Positions 30,199 through 40,522 of a stretch of DNA of 64,000 nt are shown here, piece after piece. The DNA comes from Candidatus Brocadiia bacterium (GTDB lineage Bacteria > Planctomycetota > Brocadiia > SM23-32). The stretch is from positions 64,001-128,000 of the forward strand of contig JBKHIT010000004.1 in NCBI GenBank assembly GCA_046538485.1, in the 5' to 3' direction. The stretch's first letter is position 1. Each line of letters begins with the position of its first letter. The position numbers and the translations under genes are program-made. The notes beneath the pieces are model-generated. The model was not told where the DNA came from and did not search any database. It was given only the letters and a program-made list of their open reading frames with translations.

Positions 30199-30648
30199 TC
30201 ATAGACGAATTTTGAACGAATATGCCCGCGTGACGGCTTTCGATATTTTCGGGATTCTAATCATGAGGAATCCATCTTCGTATTCGGCTGTCGCCTTTTT
30301 CGGGTCGAGGGGTTTTCTTATGATAACTCGCCGTTCAAAACGCCCACTTCGTATTTCCATTTGATGATACGCAACGATGTCAGGCTCGTGAGCTGCCGCC
30401 CGATAGCCTCGAATAGTAATGGTCTTCCCCTCAAACTTGACCTCGATATTGCAGGCACAGACGCCGGGGAGCGAAACCTTCATGACCACATCGCTTTCCG
30501 TTTCATAAACATCCATCGGCGGCGCCCATGCATCGTTTCGGCCTCTTGATGCCCGTTTGCTGGGCTCCAAAAAACCATCCACGAGTCGACGGAACGCATC
30601 GAATTCGTCGCGAGATTTCACACGAATTTTTTGGTCTGGGTCAGGCAT
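30199..30648 (-). CDS. Hsp20/alpha-crystallin family small heat shock protein
   Basis: WAPPMDVYET, LPGV, EIRSGRFER, AEYEDGFLMIRIPK; alternative GTG start at 30693. Confidence 0.92.
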   Translation of the reverse strand: MPDPDQKIRVKSRDEFDAFRRLVDGFLEPSKRASRGRNDAWAPPMDVYETESDVVMKVSLPGVCACNIEVKFEGKTITIRGYRAAAHEPDIVAYHQMEIRSGRFERRVIIRKPLDPKKATAEYEDGFLMIRIPKISKAVTRAYSFKIRL

Positions 30649-30697
30649 TACTCTGGACTCCCTGCTTTCTTTAAGATAAACACTTCGTGCCACACCG

Positions 30698-31807
30698 TTA
30701 GCTTTTGCTCGCGGCCGCGGTTCGCTTAAATTTGCGCAGAAGTTCTCTTTGATCAGTGGTCAACTTCTTCGGGATAGCCACTTGAACTTCGACATAGTGG
30801 TCGCCCTTGCGTCCTTGGGGTCCTTCAATTCCGCGCCCGTGAAGACGTAGCTTTTGCCCCGGCTGAGTCCCCGCGGGTATTTTCACAGTCAGTTCCCCGT
30901 TCATTGTTTGCACATCTCGCCTGGCACCAAGGGCCGCCTCTGTCATATCCACAGTCACCTGACTGTAGATGTCGAGCCCTTCCCGCCGGAATCGGTGGTG
31001 TTCCCGAACATTAATCTCAAGCAAAAGATCACCCGCAGGCCCTCCCGCAGTACCTGGTTCTCCCATGCCGCTCAGACGAAGTTTTTGCCCGGTTTCAATG
31101 CCGGGCGGCAGGTCGACTTCGACCGACACATCCTGTTCAACCTGCCCTTCGCCGTGACAGACAGAACACGGATTCTGTATTACCTTGCCGCGGCCAAAAC
31201 ACTGGGGGCAAACTTGTGAAACGCTGAAGTCACCCAGGCCGCTCGAGACGCGTCCACGACCACCGCACCGGGGACAGATATCCACTTTCGTTCCTGGAGC
31301 GGCGCCCGTTCCTCCGCATCGCTTGCACTCCTGCATTCGCGGAACCTGGACCGTTACTTTGCCCCCTTTAGCCGCTTTTTCAAATGAAACGGTAACACGA
31401 CTGTGAATATCACGGCCTTTTTGCTGGGGACTGTATTCCCTCCCAGCTCCTCGACCGCTTCCGAAGATATTGCTGAACAAATCCCCGAATCCGCCGGCGC
31501 CCTCAAATTCAGCGCCGCCCTTGCGCGCTCGACCTCCTTTTGATTTTCCCCCGAAAAACTCCTCGAAATTGAAATCTCCACCACCTTGTTTTGCCTGGCG
31601 CAGTTTGTCGTACTTCTTCCGCTTTTCCGGATCAGTCAGTACAGTATGCGCTTCACTTATTTCTTTAAACCTTTCCTGAGCAGCCGTACTGCCTTTATTG
31701 CGGTCGGGATGGTATTTTTTGGCAAGTTTGCGATAGGCTTTGCGGATCTCTTCCTGCGAGGCATCGGCGGAGACGCCGAGTATATCGTAATAATCTTTTT
31801 CTGGCAT
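30698..31807 (-). CDS. dnaJ: Molecular chaperone DnaJ
   Basis: DYYDILGV...KYHPD J-domain, G/F region, four CxxCxGxG motifs, C-terminal domain. Confidence 0.95.
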   Translation of the reverse strand: MPEKDYYDILGVSADASQEEIRKAYRKLAKKYHPDRNKGSTAAQERFKEISEAHTVLTDPEKRKKYDKLRQAKQGGGDFNFEEFFGGKSKGGRARKGGAEFEGAGGFGDLFSNIFGSGRGAGREYSPQQKGRDIHSRVTVSFEKAAKGGKVTVQVPRMQECKRCGGTGAAPGTKVDICPRCGGRGRVSSGLGDFSVSQVCPQCFGRGKVIQNPCSVCHGEGQVEQDVSVEVDLPPGIETGQKLRLSGMGEPGTAGGPAGDLLLEINVREHHRFRREGLDIYSQVTVDMTEAALGARRDVQTMNGELTVKIPAGTQPGQKLRLHGRGIEGPQGRKGDHYVEVQVAIPKKLTTDQRELLRKFKRTAAASKS

Positions 31808-31892
31808 AGTCTAAGTTGTCTACAATGTCACAAGGTATTTTCAAAGTAAGCTTTATCGCCCGGAAGCCTCAAGGCAAGCCACGGCTTAGATT

Positions 31893-31921
31893 ATTGTACA
31901 ACCCCTCGCGGTTTTTGCCAA
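31893..31921 (-). promoter_or_regulatory. Candidate sigma70 promoter for dnaJ-hsp20-lon
   Basis: Minus strand TTGGCA-N17-TACAAT. Confidence 0.5.
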
Positions 31922-31953
31922 ACAAAAGTCCGTCAATATCTTTTGCTCCCCGA

Positions 31954-33369
31954 TCAACCGACCATAATTCGCCCTTCGGGATATTTATATGCCATTCGCC
32001 CTTGCATTGCCGCGGCGCTTAAAACAACCGTTACCGGTCCCAGGCGTCCGATAAACATCAGCCCGGAAATAACGACTTTACCGAGAACAGAGAGATGAGC
32101 AGTGATTCCCATGCTGAGCCCCACGGTGCCAAAAGCACTGGTGCTCTCGAAGACTATCTCAAGGAAACTGAATCCGCTGCCCCGTTCGGTAATCAAAAGT
32201 ACAAAAGTGCCTGCCACCAGTGCCGATAATGATAGCAAGATTATGCTCGAAACGCGATGCACAGTTTCGTTGCTCACAGAATGATGGAACATCTCCGCTC
32301 GATCCGAGCCTCGTAGTGTTGCCATCGTGCTGGTGATCGTAACACCCAATGTGCTCGTCTTGATACCACCAGCTGTGCTACCCGGGCTTCCTCCAATAAA
32401 CATAAGAACGATAATCAGAAGGGCGGACCCCGGAGCCAGAATGCCGTAGTCCATGCTGATAGTATTAAAACCCGCTGTCCGCGGAGTCACCGATTGGAAC
32501 ATCGCGGCCAGTATCCTTTCCTTCAAAGGCGCTGAACTCATAGAGGTCGTCGATTCCATCGCCAAAACACCAACAAATCCAACAATAAGCAGCAAAGAGG
32601 TTAGTGTTAAAACCAATTTTGTGTGAGTGGTCAAGCGTGGTTTCCGGCCTTTTCTACAGATCAGATGCCATTTAAACCACTCGATCAGGTCCCGCATTAC
32701 CAGAAAACCTATGCCCCCGAGAACAATCAGACCGCAGATGGCTACATTCACACCCGTATTGGCAGTAAATCTCTCCAAACTATCTGAAAAAACACTGAAA
32801 CCCGCGTTACAAAATGCGCTAATGGAGTGAAAAATGCTGAAATAAATACAGTGCAGGGAACTTTTCTCTGCGAAAAACGCTGCATCTCGCCAGCTGATAA
32901 ACAGGATGATGGCCCCGATAGTCTCCGCAACAAGGGTAAACAGACAGATAAATTTCACCATTCCCACCAGACTCTCCTGTGGATGCTGATCGACCATATT
33001 TCCGACCGTCCGTTCGAATCCCATCGACAATTGACCACGGAGCATACGCGCCAAGAAAGCGTAAACGGTCATGATGCCGATCCCCCCCACCTGTATGAGA
33101 CCGAGGATGACGATTTCCCCGAACAGTGACCAGTAATTGGGCGTGTCCTTGACGATCAAGCCCGTCACGCAGATAGCGCTTGTGGAGGTAAATAAGCCAT
33201 CGACAAAACCCGTCCACTGCCTTGCTTCGGAACTTATTGGCAGGCAAAGCAGTAAGCTGCCCATCAAAATAGCACCAGCGAAACTCGCCACGGCCAATCG
33301 GGCCGGACTATGCATAAGGCCGTGAAACAGTCCCCGCCAGAACGTTTTCGGTTTTTTCCTGGGCTTCAT
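31954..33369 (-). CDS. TrkH/KtrB family potassium uptake membrane protein
   Basis: Four pore motifs: SAICVTGL, SAFCNAGF, TPRTAGF, SAFGTVGL; MFIGGSPGSTAGGIK; MFIGRLGP. Confidence 0.93.
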   Translation of the reverse strand: MKPRKKPKTFWRGLFHGLMHSPARLAVASFAGAILMGSLLLCLPISSEARQWTGFVDGLFTSTSAICVTGLIVKDTPNYWSLFGEIVILGLIQVGGIGIMTVYAFLARMLRGQLSMGFERTVGNMVDQHPQESLVGMVKFICLFTLVAETIGAIILFISWRDAAFFAEKSSLHCIYFSIFHSISAFCNAGFSVFSDSLERFTANTGVNVAICGLIVLGGIGFLVMRDLIEWFKWHLICRKGRKPRLTTHTKLVLTLTSLLLIVGFVGVLAMESTTSMSSAPLKERILAAMFQSVTPRTAGFNTISMDYGILAPGSALLIIVLMFIGGSPGSTAGGIKTSTLGVTITSTMATLRGSDRAEMFHHSVSNETVHRVSSIILLSLSALVAGTFVLLITERGSGFSFLEIVFESTSAFGTVGLSMGITAHLSVLGKVVISGLMFIGRLGPVTVVLSAAAMQGRMAYKYPEGRIMVG

Positions 33370-33399
33370 TAACCCGCGTTCCCCGATTCAGACGACAAG

Positions 33400-34498
33400 T
33401 TAACTCGTTTTCTCGGCGAGCCGGTGTCTAAGATACGCTTCCATAAATGGCGTCAGGTCGCCGTCCAAAACAGCATCTGTATTGCCCGTTTCGTAATCCG
33501 TACGAAGGTCTTTAACCATCTGATACGGCTGGAGCACGTATGAGCGGATCTGGTTTCCCCACGCGATTTCGCCTTTTTCATCGTACAACTGCTCCAGACT
33601 ATCCTCGCGTTTTTGTAATTCAAGCTGGTAAAGCTTGGATTTCAGGATATTTTCTGCCATTCTTCGGTTCGCGTGCTGCGATCTTTCGCTCTGGCACATG
33701 ATAGTTATATCGGTCGGCTTGTGTTTCAATCGGACCGCTGTTGCTGCTTTATTGACGTGCTGGCCGCCGGGGCCACTTGAATGCAGGAAACTCATCTCTA
33801 TTTCACTCTCGCTCAACTCAATCTCAATATCGTTCTCAAATTCCGGAACGATATCAACGGCGGCAAAAGAAGTATGACGCCGTCCGCTTGAGTCAAAAGG
33901 AGAAATCCGCACCAGCCGGTGAACTCCGATCTCGCTCTTGAGGTACCCGAAAGCAAGCGAGCCTTTCACGTGGAGTGTGGCACTGCGGATTCCCGCTTCT
34001 TCCCCGGGACGATGATCGATCAAATCGGTAGCGTATCCGTGGGATTCAGCCCATCGGGTATACATTCGCAGCAACATCTGCGCCCAATCGCAGCTCTCTG
34101 TTCCACCGGCCCCTGCATGAATTCCCAGAAATGCATTTTTCTGGTCCTCAGGCCGGCCCAACATGCTTTGCAACTCGATGCGTTCAAGCTCCTGTTCAAG
34201 ATCCGATGACCGCGCAGTCACTTCGCGAAGGGTTTCCTCATCCTGCTCTTCCTCACCGAGCTCTTTTAACACCTCCAGGTCCTCGATCTGCTGGGTCAAA
34301 TCCTGTATCGGTTCACAAACACCTTTGAGGTATTTGAGACGCTTAATGATTTTTTGAGCACGTTTCTGGTTGTCCCAGAAATCGTGCTGTGCCATGCGAG
34401 ATTCCAGTTCTTCCAGCTCATCCTGCTTGCCGGAGATGTCAAAGGGAATCCCGCAGCTTCTGCAAACGAGATATCAGTTCGCTCACTTGCGGGCTCAC
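33400..34498 (-). CDS. prfB: Peptide chain release factor 2 with programmed +1 frameshift
   Basis: SPF and GGQ motifs. Upstream frame (GTG 34498 with RBS GGGGAGA; alternative ATG 34537) VSPQVSELISRLQKLRDSL ends at CTT TGA C (34444-34438). The +1 frame continues DISGKQDELEELESRMAQHDFW. Confidence 0.95.
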
Positions 34499-34575
34499 GC
34501 TGAAGTATCTCCCCGAAATGCGAGGGTTAATTGACATGTGGCCAATGCCCCGGTTGACCGACCATGGACGATAGG

Positions 34576-34604
34576 ATTATACGCCCAACACACCAAAGAA
34601 TCAA
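34576..34604 (-). promoter_or_regulatory. sigma70 promoter for prfB
   Basis: Minus strand TTGATT-N17-TATAAT. Confidence 0.6.
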
Positions 34605-34632
34605 TGGCATCAACAAAGGCTGACCCGAAATA

Positions 34633-35262
34633 TCATTCCGTGTCACGGCCTTTCGTTGAGGGCTTAAATTTCCGGTTCGCTTCCACTAAAAAACTTTCGA
34701 CGCTCAATCTGACTGCTTTTGACATGGCTTCCGCCAAACCGGTAAGGTCTTTATCTCTCGTCGCTTCTACCTTGTTGCGTGTCACATGGGAAATAACGGA
34801 GTTCCCGCCCCGGTCGGATAGACACAATTCAAGTTTGCAGACAGCCCACATTCCTTCTTGTGCATCCAACTCGTAAAATTCGCGGACCCTTCCGCGCAGT
34901 TTATATTCTGCTTCCAGTGCGCCGTCGCTTGTAACGAAAGCCTCGCACAGTCCGGACTCTCGCAAATAATCTATTACCAATTCCTGTACCAGCTCAGAGG
35001 GCGGCCCTACCCAGCGGCGGAATCGGTCGTAATGCAACCGATACGGGTCGGACCGATAGGCGATAAACTGCTCCGAAAAAGGGGCCGCTGCAGTAAAATT
35101 CAGAATCCGCACGGTGCCCCCCAATTTTTTGGATGGCATCACCTCCAGGGGCATCTCAGAAGAAAGCGAATAGAATTCAGGTTGGGGCAAAGATGTCGTG
35201 CAACCACTGAACACCACGACTAAGACAGCTATCGTTGCTGCAGATATATTTTTCATTCCCAA
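34633..35262 (-). CDS. ABC transport auxiliary lipoprotein (PqiC-like)
   Basis: Lipobox VFSGC; FYSL, IAYR...RWVGPPSELVQ; last gene of the MCE operon. Confidence 0.85.
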   Translation of the reverse strand: MGMKNISAATIAVLVVVFSGCTTSLPQPEFYSLSSEMPLEVMPSKKLGGTVRILNFTAAAPFSEQFIAYRSDPYRLHYDRFRRWVGPPSELVQELVIDYLRESGLCEAFVTSDGALEAEYKLRGRVREFYELDAQEGMWAVCKLELCLSDRGGNSVISHVTRNKVEATRDKDLTGLAEAMSKAVRLSVESFLVEANRKFKPSTKGRDTE

Positions 35263-35282
35263 ATCTTTCGTGCTTCCAGTTT

Positions 35283-36479
35283 CTAATCCTTTGAAATCTT
35301 CCGTTTTTTCGGTGGAGCGCTTCGGAGCAACAAAGAGGGCGAACTTCTGAGGTTTCTGCTGAATTCCTTGAGGTTTTCCCCGGCATCCTCGATATTTTTG
35401 ATTGCAGCGGAAAAATGACGCGCGTTTTCCTGGAGCAAAGACTGCATCTCGCCACTGATTCGCTGGAGCGCACGTGCCAGATATTCTGCCTCAGTCGTCG
35501 CGCGGGCCAGCATTTTCCAGGACTCCGAAAGATTTCCAAAATCGGCGTGTATCTGATTTTCACTCAACGTTTCCCTCGCTTCAGCAACCATTTTGTCAAG
35601 TGTCCCGGCAAGCCGCTCAATATCCGACACGGCTGTTTGCAGGGGCTTTCGGTTTTCCCGAATCAAGCCCTTGAGAGATATCATCCCGTCCCGAAAATTT
35701 TTGACGCCTTCCTCCACAGATTTGCGGTTTGTCTTCAGCAAACCATTGAGTTCGTGCGACAATCCCCGGACTTCAGCGAACATTTTCTGGCTGCTTTCCG
35801 TTGCTTTGGCTGCATTATCGATGATCTTTTCGGTTTTTTCTGCAATGAGCTGGACGCTTGGAATGAGTTTCTCCAGATCTTCAGCAATCTTTATTAGACC
35901 GCCCGATTTGGTCAGCCCCGGTGCCTTTTCACCGGTCAAAACCGCATTCATATTTCCGACTACTTCATTGCTGTTTTCAAGGAGAGTCCCAAAACGCTCA
36001 CGATTCTCCTTCAATAACCCGTTCAATTGCACCAGGCTTTCCTGCAACGCCCCCAGGGTCACAGTTACGTCCGAAGGTTTGCTGGCTATCTCGCTTTCGG
36101 GGGGCAAATGTTGTCCTGCCTCGACTCCCGCTGGCATACTAAGACTTACATACTGTTGACCAGACAAAGGGCTTGCATAACCCAAAGTAGCTTGGATCGA
36201 GGCCAATATTAACTCGGGGTGATCGACACGGTAGCGCACACGTACCATTTTTTTCCCGGGTTTGGGGACTGAGATCTCGGTTACTTTTCCGATCGACACT
36301 CCCTGGTATTTTACCGGCGCCCCCGAACTCAAGCTTTTTACATCTTCAAAAAGGGAATAATAGTAGACTCCTTCTTCTTTCACTTGAAGGTAGCCCAGGA
36401 AAAGCAGGATCAACACAAAAAGGCAGGCACTTCCCAAAACAAAAATGCCAGCTTTCACTTTCTCACTGCGGGTAATCAT
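35283..36479 (-). CDS. mlaD: MlaD/MCE family protein with long helical C-terminus
   Basis: KAGIFVLG TM anchor, LSSGAPVKYQGVSIGKVTEI MCE motif, coiled-coil, C-terminal PSLLLR. Confidence 0.88.
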   Translation of the reverse strand: MITRSEKVKAGIFVLGSACLFVLILLFLGYLQVKEEGVYYYSLFEDVKSLSSGAPVKYQGVSIGKVTEISVPKPGKKMVRVRYRVDHPELILASIQATLGYASPLSGQQYVSLSMPAGVEAGQHLPPESEIASKPSDVTVTLGALQESLVQLNGLLKENRERFGTLLENSNEVVGNMNAVLTGEKAPGLTKSGGLIKIAEDLEKLIPSVQLIAEKTEKIIDNAAKATESSQKMFAEVRGLSHELNGLLKTNRKSVEEGVKNFRDGMISLKGLIRENRKPLQTAVSDIERLAGTLDKMVAEARETLSENQIHADFGNLSESWKMLARATTEAEYLARALQRISGEMQSLLQENARHFSAAIKNIEDAGENLKEFSRNLRSSPSLLLRSAPPKKRKISKD

Positions 36480-37255
36480 CGCTCAGACGAACCTCCTCCA
36501 ACACTTTCCAGTGAAACCCCGCTGGAAACAGCAAAATCTCGGACCCGGGAGTCGGAACTCTCCAGAAAGTCAGCAACACTCCCGTCCTCGATGATATGGC
36601 CTTCGTCCAAAAATACAATGCGATCAGAAATGCGTACAGCACTACTGATTTTATGAGTAACAACAACAACCGTGCACCCCAAAGATTCGTTCAAAGAAAG
36701 GATTAATTTGTCCAGCTCGTGACACGTAACCGGGTCGAGTCCCGCGGAGGGTTCATCGAACAACAAAATATCAGGATCAAGCGCGAGAGATCGGGCAATG
36801 GCTGCCCGTTTCTGCATCCCTCCGCTCAATTCCGACGGCATTCTGTGTTCGGCATCCATCAGCGAAACCAACCCCAGTTTCATACGAACAATCGCCCGGA
36901 TTCTGGCATTGCTCAGATCTGTGTGTTCCCGGATTGGCGCGGCAATATTGTCAGCGATTGTCATAGAACCAAATAATGCACCCTGCTGGAATGTGATTCC
37001 CATTCGCGTAAGGAACTTCGATAATTCCTCCCTCTCCATCTTCAGCACATCTTTGCCAAGAACCGATACCGTCCCCGAGCTGGGCCGCAACATACCCATA
37101 AATGTCTTAAGAAGCGTGCTCTTACCACATCCGCTGGGCCCAAGTATGGAAGTCACCTGCCCGTGCGGAATGGTCAAATCAATATCCTTCAGAACCATTT
37201 CCGCGTCGTAACCGGCTGAAACTCCCGACACCATTATATCAGCTTCGTTTTGCAT
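36476..37255 (-). CDS. mlaF: MlaF-like ABC ATP-binding protein
   Basis: GPSGCGKS, FQQGALFGSM, PSELSGGMQKR, FDEPSAGLDP; ATGA overlap with the next gene. Confidence 0.92.
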   Translation of the reverse strand: MQNEADIMVSGVSAGYDAEMVLKDIDLTIPHGQVTSILGPSGCGKSTLLKTFMGMLRPSSGTVSVLGKDVLKMEREELSKFLTRMGITFQQGALFGSMTIADNIAAPIREHTDLSNARIRAIVRMKLGLVSLMDAEHRMPSELSGGMQKRAAIARSLALDPDILLFDEPSAGLDPVTCHELDKLILSLNESLGCTVVVVTHKISSAVRISDRIVFLDEGHIIEDGSVADFLESSDSRVRDFAVSSGVSLESVGGGSSER

Positions 37256-37261
37256 AAGAAA

Positions 37262-38365
37262 TCAGGATAACACGTAGAAAAGCGCTGAAAAAACTCCATC
37301 TGCCATTATAATCAAAATGATGGACCAAACCACAGCTTTCGTCGTATTGTTCCCCACCTCCTCGGCGCTTCGCTCAACTGAAAATCCAAACCAGCATCCA
37401 ACAAACCCCACGATCAAACCGAAGAAAAAAGCTTTTCCCACGCCCGTCAGCAAATCTTTTAGTAAAACGGCTGAAGCCAGACGCATCAGGTAATTTCTCC
37501 CCGGCACACCAAAAACCATCGATGAGGCAAGAAATGAACCGAAATTACCCACCACGTTACTCACCAGGGTCAATATGGGAACAGAGATAGCAACAGCAAG
37601 CACTTTGGGCACTATTAAGAACTTACCGGGGTTCATCCCCATCGCCCACATCGCGTCGATCTCTTCGCGCACTTCCATTGTGCCTATTTCTGCCGTGATG
37701 CCGGCTCCACTCCGCGCTGCCAGCATAATACCCGCAAGGACGGGGCCTATCTCGCGCGCCAATGCCATACCAACCATATCGGCTATCAGCCTGTTCTGAC
37801 CGTACTTACCCAGCAGATAGGCACCATTTATTGCCAATACCAGTCCAAACAGCAGCGATACCAGAGACACCACCGGGACGGCCGCAAAACCGTTGCGCGT
37901 GATCTCGCGCAACACCGCCGCCGCTCGAAAACCTTTCCCTTTAAAAGGCGCCACAAACGTCCAATAAGCCGCATCATAAATTAAAATGACAACCCCCCCC
38001 ACTTGCCCCAGGAATTCGTGAAACTGCCCACCGAGATACTCCAAAAAGCCCGGGCGATGAGGGACAAAATCCTCTTTTTCCACGACATCCCAAAAATTGT
38101 ACAGTTCCAACCCCGCATCCGCCGTTTTAGAGGCTTCAGATATCTCAAAACTACCCCCCTTGTGTTTCGCTGCCCGCGCCACGTTCACAAGCCCGACAAC
38201 CCCCAGAGCGGTCGTGGAATCAACCTCGCTAAGATCGACCGACCAGTGCGCGGCCCCCTCATACTGTTTTTGTATCTCCTCGATTGAGTACATAAAACCT
38301 TCATCAAGTGAGCCATCGACTTTAAGGTGAAGCTTTTCCCCCAGCTTTTTGACTTCGGTTCCCAT
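37262..38365 (-). CDS. mlaE: MlaE family permease with N-terminal STAS-like domain
   Basis: REIGPVLAGIMLAARSGAGITAEIGTM..EEIDA, AEEVGNNTTKAVV; N-terminal VDLSEVDS STAS-like segment. Confidence 0.9.
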   Translation of the reverse strand: MGTEVKKLGEKLHLKVDGSLDEGFMYSIEEIQKQYEGAAHWSVDLSEVDSTTALGVVGLVNVARAAKHKGGSFEISEASKTADAGLELYNFWDVVEKEDFVPHRPGFLEYLGGQFHEFLGQVGGVVILIYDAAYWTFVAPFKGKGFRAAAVLREITRNGFAAVPVVSLVSLLFGLVLAINGAYLLGKYGQNRLIADMVGMALAREIGPVLAGIMLAARSGAGITAEIGTMEVREEIDAMWAMGMNPGKFLIVPKVLAVAISVPILTLVSNVVGNFGSFLASSMVFGVPGRNYLMRLASAVLLKDLLTGVGKAFFFGLIVGFVGCWFGFSVERSAEEVGNNTTKAVVWSIILIIMADGVFSALFYVLS

Positions 38366-38493
38366 CGGTCCTTCTCTGTTAACTGAATCGATGTCTCTTG
38401 CATCCTAACGATACTCAGCTGCCTTTGCACTTGTCAAGAAATCCTCTGCACGGGGTAATGCACATCGACCAGTTCCTCCAGCCACGGGGAATC

Positions 38494-38582
38494 TGGTGGG
38501 CGAGGCGGGATTCGAACCCGCACGGGGGATCGTCCCCCACTGGATTTTAAGTCCAGAGCGTCTGCCCTTCCGCCACTCGCCC
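38494..38582 (-). tRNA. tRNA-Leu(TAA)
   Basis: Acceptor GGGCGAG/CTCGCCC, anticodon arm CTGGA-CTTAAAA-TCCAG, long variable arm, TTCGAAT, CCA. Confidence 0.97.
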
Positions 38583-38701
38583 GGTAACACCAGAATTCAT
38601 CTAATTCCCTTATTGTGCAACGGCGACGCGCAAATATTCCCGAGAGAACGGTACTCTATCCAATCAATATGTTTGTTTCAACCAGCAGTCCGCTCAAAAT
38701 G

Positions 38702-38730
38702 TTGACAGGAGGTAATTTGGTGGGTAGCAT
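38702..38730 (+). promoter_or_regulatory. sigma70 promoter for the prepilin-like gene
   Basis: TTGACA-N17-TAGCAT. Confidence 0.6.
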
Positions 38731-38768
38731 ATTTGACGTAAGTTACTGACACCACGGCGAGTCAAACG

Positions 38769-39722
38769 ATGAAAATTCTATGTCCGAAATTGGGTTCCCA
38801 AAAACAGTTCGGGGAAGAGGTCGAACAGAGGATTTCTCCCGCCGCACGTACGAAATGCGTCGCCCGGTCAAAACTCTCTCCTCGCTTCCCAAAATCCCGT
38901 GGTTTCACACTCATCGAACTTCTTGTTGTCATAGCGATCATAGCAATCCTTGCCGCGATGTTGATGCCAGCACTGGAAAAAGCCAGAGAAACCGCCCGAC
39001 GGGTTGTCTGTGTGAATAACTTGAAGAATCTTACCGTGTTCACGAAGATGTATGACATGGATAATGGGGCACTTCCCATGCAATGGGGAGGCCGTTACTC
39101 AAAGGGAGGTTACCGCGGACATCATTCCCACCAGGCTCTCTACTGGAATTACGTCGAAAATAGCGGCGGTAGCGGTAGTATTCCGAGGTTTCGCACACAA
39201 ATAAACGATATCTATATTTGTCCGAGCCATGAAGTCGCCGGCCCCCGAAGGGACGATTTTTGGCAGATGCAGTACGGATTCTTCACGGGCACAAAAATGG
39301 GACATGCCCAGGCCGGAACATCGTGTCCCAGCAAACGTGTAAAATTGTACGGACCCGGCCTGCGGGGAGACCAGGCACAGCGGGTACATGGAACGTATAA
39401 ACTCAAGGGGGCCGGCCCGTCCCCCGCTCTCTGGGGTGATCGGCGCGATGGGGATCAATGGGATTTTGGGGCAAGGCTTAATCACGGGAAATTGACCCAC
39501 GACGACGGCGGCAATGTCGGTCATAATGATGGATCGGCGCGCTGGTATAACGAATCAGAATATGTCCGATACAGTCACTGGGGAAGCTGGGGACCTGTCC
39601 CGAACACATCCGTCCTGCGATTCCTGCAGGAAGGCTGGGGGCGAACAGAAAATTTCACCACATTCGGCGGCAGCAATAACCGAAAAACTATCTCCGGCTA
39701 CCACAATATGCCGTGCAACTGA
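38769..39722 (+). CDS. Prepilin-type N-methylation domain protein (DUF1559/H-X9-DG type)
   Basis: [43 protein letters not shown]-terminal H...[13 protein letters not shown]. Confidence 0.9.
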   Translation: MKILCPKLGSQKQFGEEVEQRISPAARTKCVARSKLSPRFPKSRGFTLIELLVVIAIIAILAAMLMPALEKARETARRVVCVNNLKNLTVFTKMYDMDNGALPMQWGGRYSKGGYRGHHSHQALYWNYVENSGGSGSIPRFRTQINDIYICPSHEVAGPRRDDFWQMQYGFFTGTKMGHAQAGTSCPSKRVKLYGPGLRGDQAQRVHGTYKLKGAGPSPALWGDRRDGDQWDFGARLNHGKLTHDDGGNVGHNDGSARWYNESEYVRYSHWGSWGPVPNTSVLRFLQEGWGRTENFTTFGGSNNRKTISGYHNMPCN

Positions 39723-39779
39723 ACACCCGCCTTCGCGTCATGACTGGAGATGAAAAGAAGCGGGAAACAATAAAAGAAG

Positions 39780-39856
39780 TGGAGGCGGCGACGGGATTCG
39801 AACCCGTGTATGACGGTTTTGCAAACCGTTGCCTTGGTCCACTTGGCTACGCCGCC
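39780..39856 (-). tRNA. tRNA-Cys(GCA)
   Basis: Acceptor GGCGGCG/CGCCGCC, anticodon arm ACGGT-TTGCAAA-ACCGT, TTCGAAT, discriminator T, CCA. Confidence 0.96.
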
Positions 39857-39987
39857 ATCACCGGAATTGTCCAGTCCACTCTTCTGAACATCAGTGTTTG
39901 ATCGTTCGAACCCGCTACCGTAAACGACCCTTCCCAAAAAGTCAAACTTCCTATTTTGGTCAGCGCCTGCGCGGATATTCCTGATCC

Positions 39988-40371
39988 TCAAAAAGCCCAT
40001 TTATCATTTACCCCCATGCAATCTCGCAAATCCTTCTCCTCGGCCTGGTCCATTAAAAGGTGGGGCGAGGCATCACCAGCCGGCGCACACTGAGGAAGCA
40101 GGTGGACAGATTCGCCAAATTCCGCTGACATTGATTCACGGACCTCGTGCCAGAAATCGGCGGAATATTAACTTCGCGATTCATCACACTGGGATGGACA
40201 GGCCAAATTGATTATTACTCCTGTGAGGTCCCCTCCCAAATCCCGCGTGAATAGCATATTCACAGAGTGATCGTCACACGCTTCAAGGCTCCGGAAATCC
40301 TCGCGCGCTACCTGGCCATACATCTGCGCCGAACCATCTGCATTTCGACAAATATTATTTTTTGCTACAGC
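39988..40371 (-). pseudogene. Internal fragment of a neutral ceramidase-like hydrolase with in-frame stop
   Basis: ADGSAQMYG...DHSVNMLFTRD..GDLTGVIINLACPSQ..*YSADFWHEVRE...LLPQCAPAGDASPH; TAA at 40168-40170; no start or normal C-terminus. Confidence 0.6.
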
Positions 40372-40522
40372 AGCCCCGCGAGATAGCGCAAGAAAGGTGC
40401 CGTCAATAAATTGCCGCCTTCCCTTCGATGTTACCTTGACAGCAGATTCGGGACGGATAAACTCAGCTGTTACGAATTTACACCGTAGGCAGGGATATAC
40501 ACTGATACGCGGAGGTGCGGGA

